From: Raillietiella orientalis
Taxonomy: Eukaryota
NCBI GenBank assembly: GCA_036172245.1
Contig: JAYWIR010000083.1
Location: forward strand, 248,001-312,000
Length of the DNA stretch: 64,000 bases
Direction: 5' to 3'
Shown here: piece after piece, positions 13,701 through 27,202 of the stretch
Numbering within the stretch: position 1 is the stretch's first letter
Layout of the letters: each line of letters starts with the position of its first letter
Notes under the pieces: generated by a model
What the model was told of the DNA's origin: nothing
Seen by the model: only the letters and a program-made list of their open reading frames with translations
The model's database searches: none
Translations under genes and position numbers: made by a program

Positions 13701-16700
13701 GGCTCTGAAAGCAAGCGCAGGGACTGGGTCGTCGAGAGAGCGAGCGTGTAACCCCATCAGTAGAGCAATCGGCGCCGTACTTTTGGGATCACGGGACCTA
13801 ACAAGAGAAGTGAAGGTGCTGAAATGGCGAAGGATCTGCGGAAAAACATGAAAAAAGCAATCATGCGCTCAGATACAAGAGACTTCCCTGATGGAAGCAA
13901 TGGAGGAACCACTGACCCGATGGAGCGACCTCGGAGATCAATAGCCTCGCGCGGAGACATAGGAAAAGATAGGAAGGTTCGCTTGAATTCAGGGATTGCG
14001 GAGAATCCCTCCCTGTGTGCGTGACGAAGTGTGAATGAAAATCAGGGGCTCAGCACAATGCTGCAGTGCAGTTTTGCAGACTAAAACAAGGGATGGTAAT
14101 TCTGTCGTGGATGGGGGGAAATAACCTTTCTTTCTGGAGCAGTCAAGCGAAAGCTTCAGCAATGAAATTAAGAAAATGAAATATCAAAGGGGAGCTGCCT
14201 TTTTGGTGTTTGCATCTCATGGCAGGGAAAACAAATCTGGGAGCACCTTGGAGCTAAATCTGGCGAATCCAACTGGGATCGAGAAATGGATGGACATTCT
14301 GCTCAAGTCTAGATGGAAGAAGAAAAAAAACATAAAGAAAGAAAACTGACACCCTTGGCTGAAGACATTTCCTATGCAGTCACTGAAACATTGTTTGATG
14401 TCTGGTTACAGACGAACGAGATGAGATCTACTCTCGAGAAATTGAGAGCGTGAATCGGATGACGGTACGAGTAATGACTGGTTGTCTACGAGTTCTTAAA
14501 GTGGTCATTGGGAACACTCATAGGAACGCCAAGAAACTTAGAAGAACATGCAAAGGGGAAACGGTCAGCAGAATGCGGAATTCCATCGGACTACCAAAGG
14601 AGTCACAGTTACTGGAAAAACGATCATCTGAAGAAAACGTCCGAATAAATAGAAAAGAACACTTTCACATGAACCACCGAATTCCTGAAGCTCGAGTAAA
14701 CCTTCAAACAAAACAAATACACTTGAAATTCTGGAATGGTACCAACCATGAAATTCTTCCAACAGCGCTTCCCAAACATCCCGAACGATGAGGACCATAG
14801 GGTGGGAAGCCATCGCCATCGTCGTTATCTGTCGGCATTTTATTGCATCCGTTTAAGCAAAGCAGGGATGAGCATGAAGAGCTGTGGCAACAAGCTGCGG
14901 AAATCTTCTCTTGTAGCTCCCAGCAACGACCGGGAACCAGTTTGGCATTTCCCATTTAAGGCAAGCAACTAAGCTGTCCATCAGCTAAACGAGAAGATGT
15001 TCTTTCGATAACAAAATTGTGGAGAAGTGTCTACCTTGAAAACCAACGCAGTGTGAAGGGAAAGAAAATCCTCGTGAGAAATGGCAGAGTGTGGCAGCTG
15101 AGAGTGATGGAAGAATGCGTGTCAACTTCTTTTGGATTATTTGCAGGCTGCGAACACAACTGGTTACTGATGAGGTTGCTGCTGAAAGACGAGACGAGAA
15201 GGTTTTTCCACGAAACTCTGTTCGGAATCAGCAGCAGTTGTTTTGTGGCTGCCCACTGTCCCTACAACACTACTACCACCATTGCACTGATTCCCTGAAT
15301 AACGTCCCCACGCCTTCTACTTCGACACCAGTCGAGCTAACCATTTGATTCACCAGTTGGATGCGTCCAAGACTTTTGCACATGCTGCAAGAAAGCCAAG
15401 TCTTTGGATGCAGCAAATGCATCTGCGTGTACAATTGGATATCCAAATGCGAATTTTGACAAAGATATTTTATATGTGCACTATTTCTACTGAGAAAACA
15501 AAAAGGTATCAGCAGTCCGTTAAGTGGCGCGCAGCTGCCACCGTAATGCTCAGCTTCCTCTGCGAAGAAAGGATTCTTTATAGTTTTTGATAATGTCCAT
15601 GGAAGGAATCTTTAGGAAGAAATCACTGATAAAATTGTACCCACATCTGATCGATGATTGTGGACTCATTCTCCTAAGAATGCATACTTTCAAAATGTGG
15701 AAACATTTGGCCTGAACAACCTTTTAATTCTTTAACGCAGGAAAGGATCGCAGCATCCTCGACGGAAATCCCGGATTTTGCGCGTGGGCTTTCAAACGCC
15801 TCTTAATCTCCCACATGATGACTATTCGATCTGTTTTCTTTTTCTCTCTCCAGAACCTGGGTTCATCTTTGCTTCAGAAATGCATCTTTGGTATGCATTT
15901 ATTTCCACTGAAAGCCTCCAAGTTCTTTTTCTCAAACGACAAAGTTTCGGGAAAGCTCATGGAATTTTCAACCAATTTATGCTTTTCTTTTTTTCTTGGT
16001 GCAAAAATCCCTCGTCTTGTTGAAACCGAAAAAGAAAAAAAGGGCGATGAAAGAAAAGGGCAAACCTAAAGAAAGTTCACGTGTGAGTGGTACAAAGACC
16101 TGTTGCAATTTCTCAATTTGCAGGAGTACTGCAGTGGCACGGTGGTTAGAGAAAACATAAAAGGGAGAAACGGAGGGCAGGAAGAGAGGAAACTCAACTC
16201 TGGAGTTCCGGAAGCGGATAACATTTATATGGATGAATGCTTTCAATGTGCAATCTTCTGGACTGGCGCGGCGCCATATATGGCGCAGTTAGCCCCGGTG
16301 GCGTGATTTGTTCCACAGAATTTGGATCTCTCGGGTAGGTACAAAAAAAGATGGTAGAGAGCTTAGAGAATATGACGGAAAGCTTAAGAATGAAATTAGA
16401 GAGCGTACAAAGCAGCTGCTCTCTGATGTCACAGTACAAACTGAATTTAATAGCCAACAGCAAACAAGAGGCAAAGGACTCTTCCATGTTGAACACTGGT
16501 TTAAGAAATAGCAGTAAGTTGGATGATATTGTGTCTTCTGATTTATCATCTAACAAAGATTTTATCTTCAGAAACGTTGACGGTGAAGTTATTGACCTCG
16601 CTGCTGCTGTTTTATCTCATTCTGCTGGATCAGGCGGGAAAAAAACAAGGCTAATAATTCGCTTTCATCCTACGCAGAATGTTGAACTACTCTGGGGAGG

Positions 16701-17654
16701 ATAGGGTTGCAGTTGCTGCATCGGTAGGATTTATGAACAACGCCACTTTGCATTACTTCACTTTGCGATGATGTACTCGATGAAAGTGAGGTACGCCATG
16801 GAGTTACAGCAGCAAAAAATCTGGGGAAATATATGCAGCATCTTAGTTGATGACCTAGTGTTGATTCTAGCATTTAGATGGCTAATAGAATGTGCAAATT
16901 TAAACGTTCTCTCTGTTTCATCTGGAGCGTCACATCCGCTTGGAAAGGTGAAACAAAACAAATGGCAACATGCTTTAACTTTAAATTAGATACTTAGCTA
17001 TGCCCATTCGAGTGGTTACTGGTAAAGGAGTTGTTTCATCATTGTCCTTTACATGAAAACTTGCACCTTTTTCATTTTATTCATCCATTTCCAAGCTGCC
17101 ACTCTGTGTGGCTCAATGTAAGGGTGCTGAACCACTGATTGTTCTGGCTTATATATTTGCGCCATCATCAATTAAGGTGGGAGCTCCTTGGTTACCATGA
17201 GAAGAAGCAAGGTTAAGTTCTGTGGATGCACATTTTGTTCGTTCTTCTGATGAAATCACTACAAATAGAACAAGCAAGGAAAGGACGCAATAGGGAAAGC
17301 TCGTACTATACTCTGAAACATGGAATGTGCAGCTGCCTGCTGATGTTCAAACCAAATTTCCCTGGATTTTCATATTCTCATTTCCTTAACATTAATATTG
17401 GGATTTTCTTGTATCCATGCTTCAACTGGTTCAAGTTGACGCTGATTCATGTTAGTTTCTCTGCGACGCTGAGTGGGAACGAACAATTTTCTTCCCTTCC
17501 AAATTTCAGACCCTTCATCCATTTAGTCAGCGCAGTTCTTGAAACGCAAGATATCTTTGCTATGGCCGACATATTACTCTCTTTTGCTGCGTACCCGCCC
17601 TTGCGTTAGTTCATATAATTTGCTTTCAATTCGAATGTTTTTTTTTTTTTTTCA

Positions 17655-19557
17655 GAGATTGGGGGTTAGGAGGGATCTTCAAATGCTTCCATTGAGGAAA
17701 TTAGGCTTCCCAGGTTACCTCAGTCAGCATGTGGAAAATATACTTGGAAAACAAGAAGTCAAAATCCGAATTCATGGTATAGAAACGGCAGCCATTCAGA
17801 TGGAGAGAGGGGTCCGTCAAGGAGATGCCCTCAGTCCGATGCTGTTCGTGTGGTATATGGAAGCGGTATCGACAGTCATCCAACGGATCAGCCGCTTCCA
17901 GGGTATCTGCGTCGACAACCAAAGGCTGACGCACCTGACTTAAGCTGACGACCTCCTGTTCTTCCTAAAAGATGAGAAGGATCAACGTGCTCTCTTGGGT
18001 GTTGCCGAACGCATGAGGAAAGGGTTGGACCTGAAGAGCAATGCCTAGAAAAGTCATATGCTACCCATCTTAGTCCTGGATCTCCTAGTAACGGAGGAAG
18101 ATTTCCGAGTGATAGAAGTAAAATTCTTAAGCATTCACCTTGACGATACGGTTGCAACGCAATAGTTTTGGAAAGAGATCCTGGAAAAAGTGCAAGAAGA
18201 GGCAATCAAACCTACCCTGGTCGACTTTAGCATGAAGCGGAGGGCAACCCTGTGGAAGAGTGTTTACTCCCCAAGGTCCTCTACGTAGCTGATTTCTGCA
18301 GCATTGATAAGAAGTCCCGAACGAAAATAGAGAGTATGCAGAAGAAGATTCTATGGAAAGAATACAAGCGGAGAGTCAGGCTCAAACTTTTGAGCCGGCC
18401 TCAAGAGGCAGGTGGGATCAAAGTGCTGCCGCTAGAACAATCCGTAGAAATCATGGATGTGAGGCAGCTTCTACGGCTCACCGAAAAGTTGGATGAATGA
18501 CCCTTTGCGGCCCAGAGAGCCTGCTCAAAGTTGTTGAACTCGAGAGGCCTGTCTGTCCTGATAGGTGCCACTGGAGAGTGGATGAGCATAGATCCCAGGA
18601 AGAGAAAACAGGCATGGGTGAGACTTCACCTTTTCAAGATAGTGCCTAGAAGCAAAGAGATTTGAGAGGAGGAGTTAGCTCTTGTAATCCTATACTTTAT
18701 CCGTTTTCCTAGGGACACTTCTAGGTGGATATACCAGAGGCAAAGATTGACAATAGAACATTGCGAACAAGTCGTCACTAGTGGCAATCGTCACCAAGTG
18801 CGACTGTTCCGCTACTGTCAAAATTTAAAAGGGAAGTTTAGATACAGAACACGGGAGCTTTGGAAACAGCTGCCACATCAAGCGTGGATGCTGATGACCA
18901 CAGCAAATATGAAAGGAGAAATTAGGAAGAAACATCAAGATGACGACGCCCTCGATTCAGCTTCGAGTCGCAACGGACTTGCGCACTCAAACGTGCAGGC
19001 GGTCGGAGCTGCACTTTGGAGAAGCAATGTCCTCCCGGACAGTCAGGATGACCTCCTGCTGTTCCACCATGGAGCCATCCTAAGTGGCTTCTAAATTCAA
19101 CACTGGACCGGGAACATCCAAGATGAAATCTGAAAGGTGTGTGGAGCCAAGGAAACACAACTTCATGCGTTCACCTACCCTGCGCTCCGAGCGGACTGGA
19201 AAGTCATAAAAGCAGTGCCTACAAGGCCTACAAGATCACACTAAATTGGAAGTTATGTCGGACCTATTCCAGGTGAATAGAAACGTACTCCTCTGCAACC
19301 CGACGGTACGAACCACCCTTTTCCTGTTCATCAAAGCAACGGTGACAACAACGTCAAAAATGCAAAACGTCCAGCGAAAAACACCAGCAATTGAAAACCT
19401 CAGAGGATTATTACAAAAAAAAATCGGGATCAGGAACTGTGGCAAAATCCCGGCATGGACATATCGATACTTATTAAAAAAAATTGATGAATACGTTCAA
19501 GCAGCTGACTATCTCTGGCCCACCGGTAAAGAGAATGAGAATAATGTAATGTTTTGA
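17655..19557 (+). pseudogene. 5'-truncated, decayed L1/Tx1-clade ORF2 (AT-richer family)
   Basis: GVRQGDALSPMLF, then LTHLT*ADDLLFFL (YADD with Tyr changed to stop at ~17941), RPQEAGGIKV, and LLLFHHGAI. Multiple stops and frameshifts. Confidence 0.85.
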
Positions 19558-22500
19558 GTTACGAATAAGAATGGTAAGTATTTCACCCCTTCGCTGGTCA
19601 GACCGAGCAGTTCAATGTTCAATGTCGGGTTCTGGGAATTGCCTGCATATTTGCATTCAGTGGACCACTGAATCGGTTTGTATCCTTGCTGAGTACGAAA
19701 GAACAGGCTACGATTAAATTTGCAGTTAAAAGTCTTTCAAGAGCAGAAGCAAAATAACTGTTTTGTTGCATAGAAAGTATCCAAAGAGCCAAATATTCTT
19801 TTCACATATGCATACATGAATCTCCTTAGCTGACTACATCACGAAGTCCTAGAAGTCGGGTTTCTGACCTCTAAGTATCTGCGGGACTCTGGGCCATCCC
19901 CCACCCCACCATAATGTTCACTGCCTCATAATTAATCATCTAATATTGATGAAAGCATTTACTATTTATTGCGAGATCAAATATGGATGGTCAGCTCTCA
20001 GGAATTTTTTCAAGGGTTAGTACATTTGATCTATTATCATAAAAACCTTGAATGAACAACCATCTAAAAATGATTGTTATTCCAATCAGCTAACGCTTCA
20101 TTTAGGGAAATTGTACAGCATAAATTGAAAGTACCTTATGAAAGTTTATTTGTTCTATAATTGCAAAGACACTGTTTGTAGTCGCATCAGGTATTCAAGA
20201 AAATAACAGAAACAGTTTCCATGTAAACGAATGCAATCTCAACGATGATATCTACGAATATACCAAGTAAAAGTATAAGAAAAGTAATTCGCGTTCATTC
20301 ACTAATCCCGACTTTATAACGGTTGAATAACAATTCTATCATCTTAAGACGACTGTGTATCCCACACTTGGAAACTAAAAAGAGTTCAGTTTATCATGTT
20401 TTCACGTGTGCTAACATCATGTTTCGTTTATCCATGGATATCCTAGATGTTTCATGATGTTTTCCTCCTTGCAATCTTGTGGGGGTGGGGGTAATTTTTT
20501 GAGTAATTGAGGGATCCTGAAGAACATTCTTCATGCTATTCATCATTCGCAAATTTAGATGAGGTTTTCCTACAAGAATTGGTGCTTAACTTGGATGCTG
20601 ATTGCAGAAGATTAGCGGCAAAAGGAATCTGAAACATGAAGTGGCATTTCAAGCCTGCCTGAACTTGGCAACGGAAATGTGTGCATGCCATGGTGTAGCC
20701 GTGAGCGCCATTTTTCCCGCGCAGTGTCTCTGGCAAAGCGCGATGTGTACGAGTGCGCGCCTTTTTCTGACACAAAGTCAAGCCACTGGCTGTATCCTCT
20801 TGTCTGCTATGTAATGATTAGTTTTAAGGTGAATAAGTTTTGATGGAGAATTTGTGGAAATGCATCCTACTTTGCCTTAGTATGTTTTATTCAACAATTT
20901 TGCGTAAGAGCACAACCAAATACGGCGACCCTCACGTGAGTACTTTCTGAACTGAATGTTTCAGTGGATTTGGTCGTGCAGTCAATATCCGGAATTGAGC
21001 TGCAATCGGTGAAGTGTATGTTAAAAAATCGAATTATGTTAGCAAAAAAGCAGCGTTTTACACGATGTAGTAGTTAATGCAGACTTCTCATTTATGTTGG
21101 ATTTTTTGAGGGGCATTGGTTTTTATGAGAAAAAACTTATGCAATGTTCAAGTTGAGAGCACAGTTCACCATAAGGGAACACCAGTTTGCTGTGGATGGA
21201 AAATTATAAGTTTTGAATCAGTTTTCAATGATGTGAGAAGTCTAGAAGATAGTTTACAGGATTGCTTGTTTTGCAAAGACCATTCTGATTTTTGTGTTTC
21301 TCTGTGAAGAAAAATGATATGTTCCTTTGTAATCCAGTGCAGCATATGTAACTAAGATGTGATTTGTGAAAATGAAGTTCGTGTTTTATTCGAATGACAT
21401 TCTTGAATTCTTATAAAATTATTCAGGGTATACTTGAGCATTGCTTTTTTTGTCCAGAAACTTTCTAAAGAGGACTTGTATGCAAGATTTGGTTCTATGT
21501 AGCTCCATGCAGCTAGCTCATGTCACATCAGCTAATCAAAGTTCACATGATGGTTACTGAAAAACAGCTGAAACTGAAACATATTTCATTTTTTGTACTA
21601 TAAGAATGAAATGATTATTGTATAATTATTGCATTCCGCAGACCTGCCTTATTGCATTTAGATGAATCGTACTGTGAAGTATTGATCCCATGACATTTGG
21701 GTGGGAGTATTTGCTTTGTTTTCATTTACTGTTTTTGTCATTTACAGTTCCATTTGTTTCCAAGTGCAATTAATTTCCTGATATTGTTAATTTCAGGGAG
21801 TTCACTTCAAAAAAAAAAACTGGATTTACAGCCAGTTATGTCTACGTTGAATGTTGAGTCACTCAATACTTTTTAGTTCCCACTCAAAGATGCTCGAGTT
21901 TGGTTCTAATATGTGGAATACCCTGATATAAAATTGCTTTGAATCAGGTCACCCACTACTATCTGATTGCCAAGTAAACAGTGCTTTTATTTTTTGGTCT
22001 TGATTCAATCATTCATTCATTTGTTGGGCTGTGGCCTGTTCTGAAGGTTATGAAAGGTTTCTTTGGCCATGGTAAGTTTGTTGATGCTTTCTCACTTGTC
22101 ATCACAATCATTTGCATTAGGAAATAGTTTGACGGCAAGGCAAATACAATCTTTGTGAACTTGCATGCTCTTTATAAGGTTTTGTGAAGTTCATGTGGCT
22201 TCACTTTTTGGGGCCATTTTGAATCTTTCATTTTTGCTTATCTGTGTTGGATGGGTAATTATCAGTGAAAGCAAACAATTTAGTCAGTGGTTAACTGTTT
22301 TTTGTGAAGTGTGTTTTTCAAGCAAGTGAATTCTCTCGAGTTAGCATCTGTTACAAATCCTTTATTATAAGAATTCTGCCACTGATCGAAAACATTCCTT
22401 TGATTTTTTCTTGTCATGTTGATGTTTTCAGCAGTGCAGTCGCTACATCACATGTGTACTTACAAAGACGCATTTCCATATGCCATCAACCAGTGTTACA

Positions 22501-23709
22501 GGCTTACCTTGTTGGAAATCGTTGCATTTGTTTAAGTGTGTTCCATCTTATGCTGGTGTAACGTGGATAGGAAATTTCGTAGATTGTTGCAGCAACGACA
22601 TGGATTTCTGGGTATTTTCCTATAGTTGCTGATGAGTAGTTGGCTGATAATGGAGCACATTAACTCACCCACTCTGTCAGGTGCTCTCACTCTGTATATC
22701 TTGCAATGGTAAATTTTGCGGAAGCAAATTTCGCTTCATATCAATTGACAGTGTAGTACATCATTGAGAGGATGTACAGCCGAAGCGTGTACGCAGGGGG
22801 GGATCGAGATGGCTACTGCTAAGTTTGTGTCTTCGACAAAAGTCGAATGCCATCTCTTTCTCCTCAGGTAACGAGGGGTTAAGTGAATGGAATACTTTAT
22901 TGTTCAAGCGTTTATTACATATTGCGTTCGGATGCTGATCACCTCACTAAGCATACTTGACTCACATTGAATAGAACTGTTGAACAAGGTCCCAGATTGC
23001 TGGTTCACCATCATACCACTCAAGAAAGCATCTATAGGGGCGAAGTCGGAATGGGAGCATACCACGGTAATGGAACTCGTGTTAACGTTTGCGTTGAATT
23101 TGGTGAACTTGATTTATAGCTTTGCATCGTGAAAAGCCATGAGGCGAATTGCATAAATGGAAGGTTTCCTCGCTGATCGTCTCGGTTCTATCTCGTCTTC
23201 GTACCCTTTTCTCCTCTAGTGTCGTCGTTATTTTACTCTGATTGCGCTGGGGATGCGGTTCACGCATCTCGAAAGCGCGGCAATTCACCGAAATCCTTCG
23301 GATCTCCTAAAGCAGTACCAGGTCGAAAGGTTTCAGCGCACAGTTTAGCGTTCGCCACTCGCACAGTCCTTTCACATTCCAATACGGAACATTGACACAA
23401 CGAGAAGTAACGATTACCAGTTTAGGGCTAGACATATGGTGGCCTATGCCTTAGCTCGTCTACGGAAATGCCACTCGGCAGCACGTTAAATGGAAAGTTG
23501 AATTCTTTGTCTTTTGCTCGATGTTATGATGATCAGTTCTTGCTATTTGAAAAGCACGGCAACGAATCTGTCTTAATGCTTGAGCCTACACGCCTTCGCT
23601 TGGCACGTATGCGCTTCGCTCAGGTGGCGCACTACGCACGTCTGGTGTCTTTGGATTCCCCCAAGACCGAATGATGCCACTAATCAAAAGGGTTAATAAA
23701 TTGAGTCTG

Positions 23710-24250
23710 GTTTATTGCTGTTTGTTTTTGGAAAGATTACAATGGTTTCTGAGTCATTCTGAGGTTGCTTTATTCCCTTTGAAGACGGTTAGGTGGGAGA
23801 TTTTCCAACAGTCGGTGCTGAGTTTGCTGTGATCCGGATCCTAGTTACAGTTACAATGACGTGTTCGGTGTCCAAGTATTTGATTGATCTTTGATATTTT
23901 GTATCCAATACTATGCCGTTCTTCAGGGATTCAATGAAGCCATATTGGATGGTGTCTTTGTTATCTCTGGTGAAGTCGAAGATAGTTATGGGCTTCCCAT
24001 TGTATAAGTGGGCGGCGTCTCTTCTTTTGCAACTTTGGAGCTCCAAATAAATTGCACTGCGTCCAAGAAAGAGGTACTTGGCGAACCTCGGTTTCCTCTT
24101 TCGTCCTTCATACAGTACATCTCACGTGTGTGAGGTAGTCTGGCGAGTATATCGAGAATGTCATGTTGCCATTCTCGTATACAGAGGCCCTTCCATTGGA
24201 TTAGGGAAGTGATTTGCCTCTATAGACGAAAGCTTTCCATGACGAATTGA
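23710..24250 (-). pseudogene. rep: Endogenous CRESS-DNA virus Rep, SF3 helicase half (copy A, decayed)
   Basis: REWQHDILDILARLPHTREMY..FAKYL..SCKRRDAAHLYNGKPITIFDFTRDNKDTIQYGFIESLKNGIVLDTKY is homologous to the Rep at 26006-27096. A minus-strand AATAAA lies at ~23712. Confidence 0.85.
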
Positions 24251-24624
24251 ATGTTTTTTGCATAGAAAAGCGTGCTTTTCCAGAAGAAAAGTTCCTTTGT
24301 TTTTCCTAAGTACACCCTCTTTTGTGGTCCTAAGATTAGTTCTTTCGGCCGTTAGGGACGTTGTTTTCAGAAACGTTGCGTTTCTTCCAATATAGCGATC
24401 GCATGGCTTTCGTTGTCGCGTTACTTGCAACTGGACTGTCCTGGACGTGCACACGGAACGCTTGGCAACCCTCATTGCGTGCAAGGAAGACCTTACCATC
24501 AAAATGAGAACAAAGCGGGATTCCTCGCTAGTACGTTTACTGCCAGCCATTGCCGTGGACCTATAGGAGGGCTACTGCATAGCCGCAAGCGTGATCTGCC
24601 GAGTCCTCGTGTTGTGAAGAAAAA

Positions 24625-25458
24625 TTGGTCCTGTTTACCCGAAGTCCGGTCCCGCGAGTCACCCAGGTCGAAAAGTTTTTCCAAAGCTGAGTCCGGAGCG
24701 AATTGGGCAGAAAGAGCAAGAAATCGTGGGCGTAAGCCTACGCGGCAGGCGTGCCAGGGCAAGAGCTAGGCAGGGTAGCCAGACTCCCTGTACGCTCTCA
24801 CCACCAACTCAAAGTAGATGCTGAAGAGAAGGGACTCGCTCCGCATCTTCTTCCCGGCTTCCCACCCCCCGGTCACTTGAGAGTCCAGCACTCCAGCGAC
24901 CTAGCTGAGCCTCGCATTGTTGCAACTGCCAGAAGGTCCTGGCGAGGAACAAATTGGCCTCCAGGTGCGCCCGGGAACAGCGTATGTCTGTTGCGGACTG
25001 ACCACGGATTCCGCTACCCGTCCCAGCCTCTCAGCCTAGAGTTTGGCGAGCAACTTCGCGTCCACATTCACCACAGTGATGATACGCCAGTTGCCAACGT
25101 TGCGCAAGTCTCCTCCCTTAGGAAGGAGACGTATAGCTGACCGGAACGAGTTGGGGACATCGCCGCGTTAACGGATCAGCAAACACAATTTCAGCACCAG
25201 GGGAGCCAACTCTGCCGCGAAGTGTTGGTAGAATTCAGCTGGCAGGCCGTCTTCTCCTGGTGCTTTGTTTTTTTTGAGTTTTTTCATGGCGGAGACAATC
25301 TCCGCCATCGTAAATTCCAGTTGGAAGGTGTGACGTTCCTCCTCCCTTAGCGCGGGAGCACCCTCTGGCAGCACACGCTGCGCAAAAGGGCGCTCTGGTG
25401 GTCTCTTGGCGTGAAGGGAGGAGTAAAAATCCCGCAAAATGCGGCCAACCTGCTTTGG
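24625..25458 (-). pseudogene. Tx1-like ORF2 fragment (linker to RT), decayed
   Basis: RDFYSSL..KAPGEDGLPAEFY..LPSSCPGTPA..AYAHD..GTGLRVNRT. Continues the fragment at 27203-27688. Confidence 0.85.
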
Positions 25459-25474
25459 AGTAATCCTGATATGT

Positions 25475-25576
25475 CGTCTTACCTATTCCACCGACTGGGT
25501 CATAGTACCAGTAAATTTTTCGTGTATCTGGTCTGGTTCTTATAATCTTGAGGATGTCCATTTGCCAATTTTGCAG
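25475..25576 (-). pseudogene. rep: CRESS Rep Walker A fragment (copy B)
   Basis: LQNWQMDILKIIRTRPDTRKIYWYYDPVGGIGKT; 33 of 34 residues identical to Rep copy C at 26462-26563. Confidence 0.9.
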
Positions 25577-25599
25577 TCATAAGGTGGAAGATGTAATAA

Positions 25600-25976
25600 G
25601 TGGTCATAAGGAGACAAGCGGTTGTTTGTCTCGTTATTTTGGTGTGCGTGGCATACGTCTGTATTCGAGGGCTTATATAAGGAAGGACATGCAATGTTAT
25701 GGAGGGAAGCTGGAACGTTATATGCGTTGTCCTTGGATAGACTGTGGATACGGAGCAAGGCTGGACCCAGAGTTGAATGTGGAAATGTTTTTGAGTCGTA
25801 TGCACGTGATGAAGCATATGTCTGGAGTGGATATTCCAGACTCTATAAAAGAAGGTTGTCAGTCTGGTGTATGTCCAAAGAACGGACGATTGACTCAGGG
25901 TTATCCAATCTACAGGCTGACTCGTACTTTTTATGTGGAATTCAAGCACTTGAGAGACCCGCCATTGTATAATTGA
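25600..25976 (+). CDS. Probable C-terminal part of a CRESS virus capsid gene (convergent with rep)
   Basis: Open frame opposite to rep that stops 30 nt from the rep stop. It has a PWID motif and ends YRLTRTFYVEFKHLRDPPL, reminiscent of the circovirus Cap end (YVQFREFNLKDPPL). Confidence 0.5.
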
Positions 25977-26005
25977 TGAAAACAAAACTTGCAATGTATA
26001 TATGT

Positions 26006-27096
26006 TTATTGATCTATTTCTGGTGAGGGGGGTGACAAAGTGGAGCATGAGGAGTCGGGTGAATCGCGGGACTGCCCTGTACTAGGGCCTGAAGGGCAGG
26101 CCCAAGGGAGAACAACTCCAGCATCATCTAACATCCATGGACACAATTTTGTAGCTTCAGTCTTGCTGATATTCTTGACAACCCATCTGTCACTGGACAT
26201 CTTGGAGTAGTCAGGTTCCCAATTGGAGAAAACCAGGATGTGAGGTGGTTGAAAGTACTTGATACCGCCTTGGTACTTCGAGTCGAATATGATGCCGTTT
26301 TTAAGTGTTTCTATAAATCCATATTGTACGATTTCCTGATTGTCCCTGGTGAGATCGACAACTATAATGCGCTCGCCATTGTAAATGTGGGCGGCGTCCG
26401 CTTTTTTGCAGCTATGCATGTAAATAGCTGCTTTTTTAAGGTATAAGAACTTGGCGAATGCCGTCTTGCCTATTCCACCGACTGGGTCGTAGAACCAGTA
26501 AATTTTGCGTGTGTCTGGGCGAGTTCTGATAATTTTTAAAATATCCATTTGCCAATTCTGGAGTTGTAAATCGTACATAGGATTGGGATGTGTTCTGCTT
26601 CTTGTCAAACGGAAGCATTCTTTAACAAAGTTGATATTTTTCGAATAAAATTTCGTATGTTGCTCGAGTATGTCCAGTTCAGTGGCTCCGTTTTTTATTA
26701 GTTGCAGTATCTGGAATATTGTTAATTATTTTTGTTATTTTGTGAATAAAATAATTACCATGTCTGGTAGTCTGTGGTTTCTTTGTGGTCTTGTATGAGA
26801 CCGTACGTCCAGGCTTGGTGGTCCTCTTTCGTGCAGTACCGTAAGTTGCTCTGCAGAGATCCTTTGGCGCGTTCGAGATGTGCTTTCTCGAACGGAGGTC
26901 GTTTAAGGCTTGGCAAGGTGCGTGGATCGCGTAATTGAAAATAGCCTTGTAGGTGAGGCGTTCCCGTTGTGGCTGTTTTCTTGCCAATAACTGCGTATGT
27001 GCATTGGCGTCTGCACCAATCCTTGATTTGTTGTAGTTCTTCGTCGAGGTAGTTACACAGTGTGAAACACCAGTACAGAAAGTGCCCGTAAGGCAT
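26006..27096 (-). pseudogene. rep: Endogenous CRESS-DNA virus Rep, near full length, split near 26710-26760 (copy C)
   Basis: RCR motifs I WCFTLCN, II TPHLQG and III YCTKE. Helicase Walker A YDPVGGIGKT, Walker B IIVVDLTR, motif C VFSN, and SSDRW. The stop codon overlaps AATAAA. Confidence 0.95.
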
Positions 27097-27202
27097 GGTT
27101 GACTGCAGGTAATTCTGTCGAGGTGAGACTGGTTTGTGCCTTACGGTGTGGTGGTATAAATACTCGCCAACTGCGCAGTAGATGCAATCTGGTTAGTAAT
27201 CC

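Noticed and set aside
14191..14230. Caspase-like FLVFASHG motif
   Set aside because: No QACRG-like partner or sustained open frame was found. 13.8-17 kb may be a decayed gene or TE, but I cannot identify it.
19560..22800. AT-rich stretch as host exons or ncRNA
   Set aside because: No ORF, repeat or structure that I can support.
25459..27202. The 8-bp repeat as a simple TSD
   Set aside because: Removing the insert leaves the LINE ORF2 out of frame and about 20 codons short.
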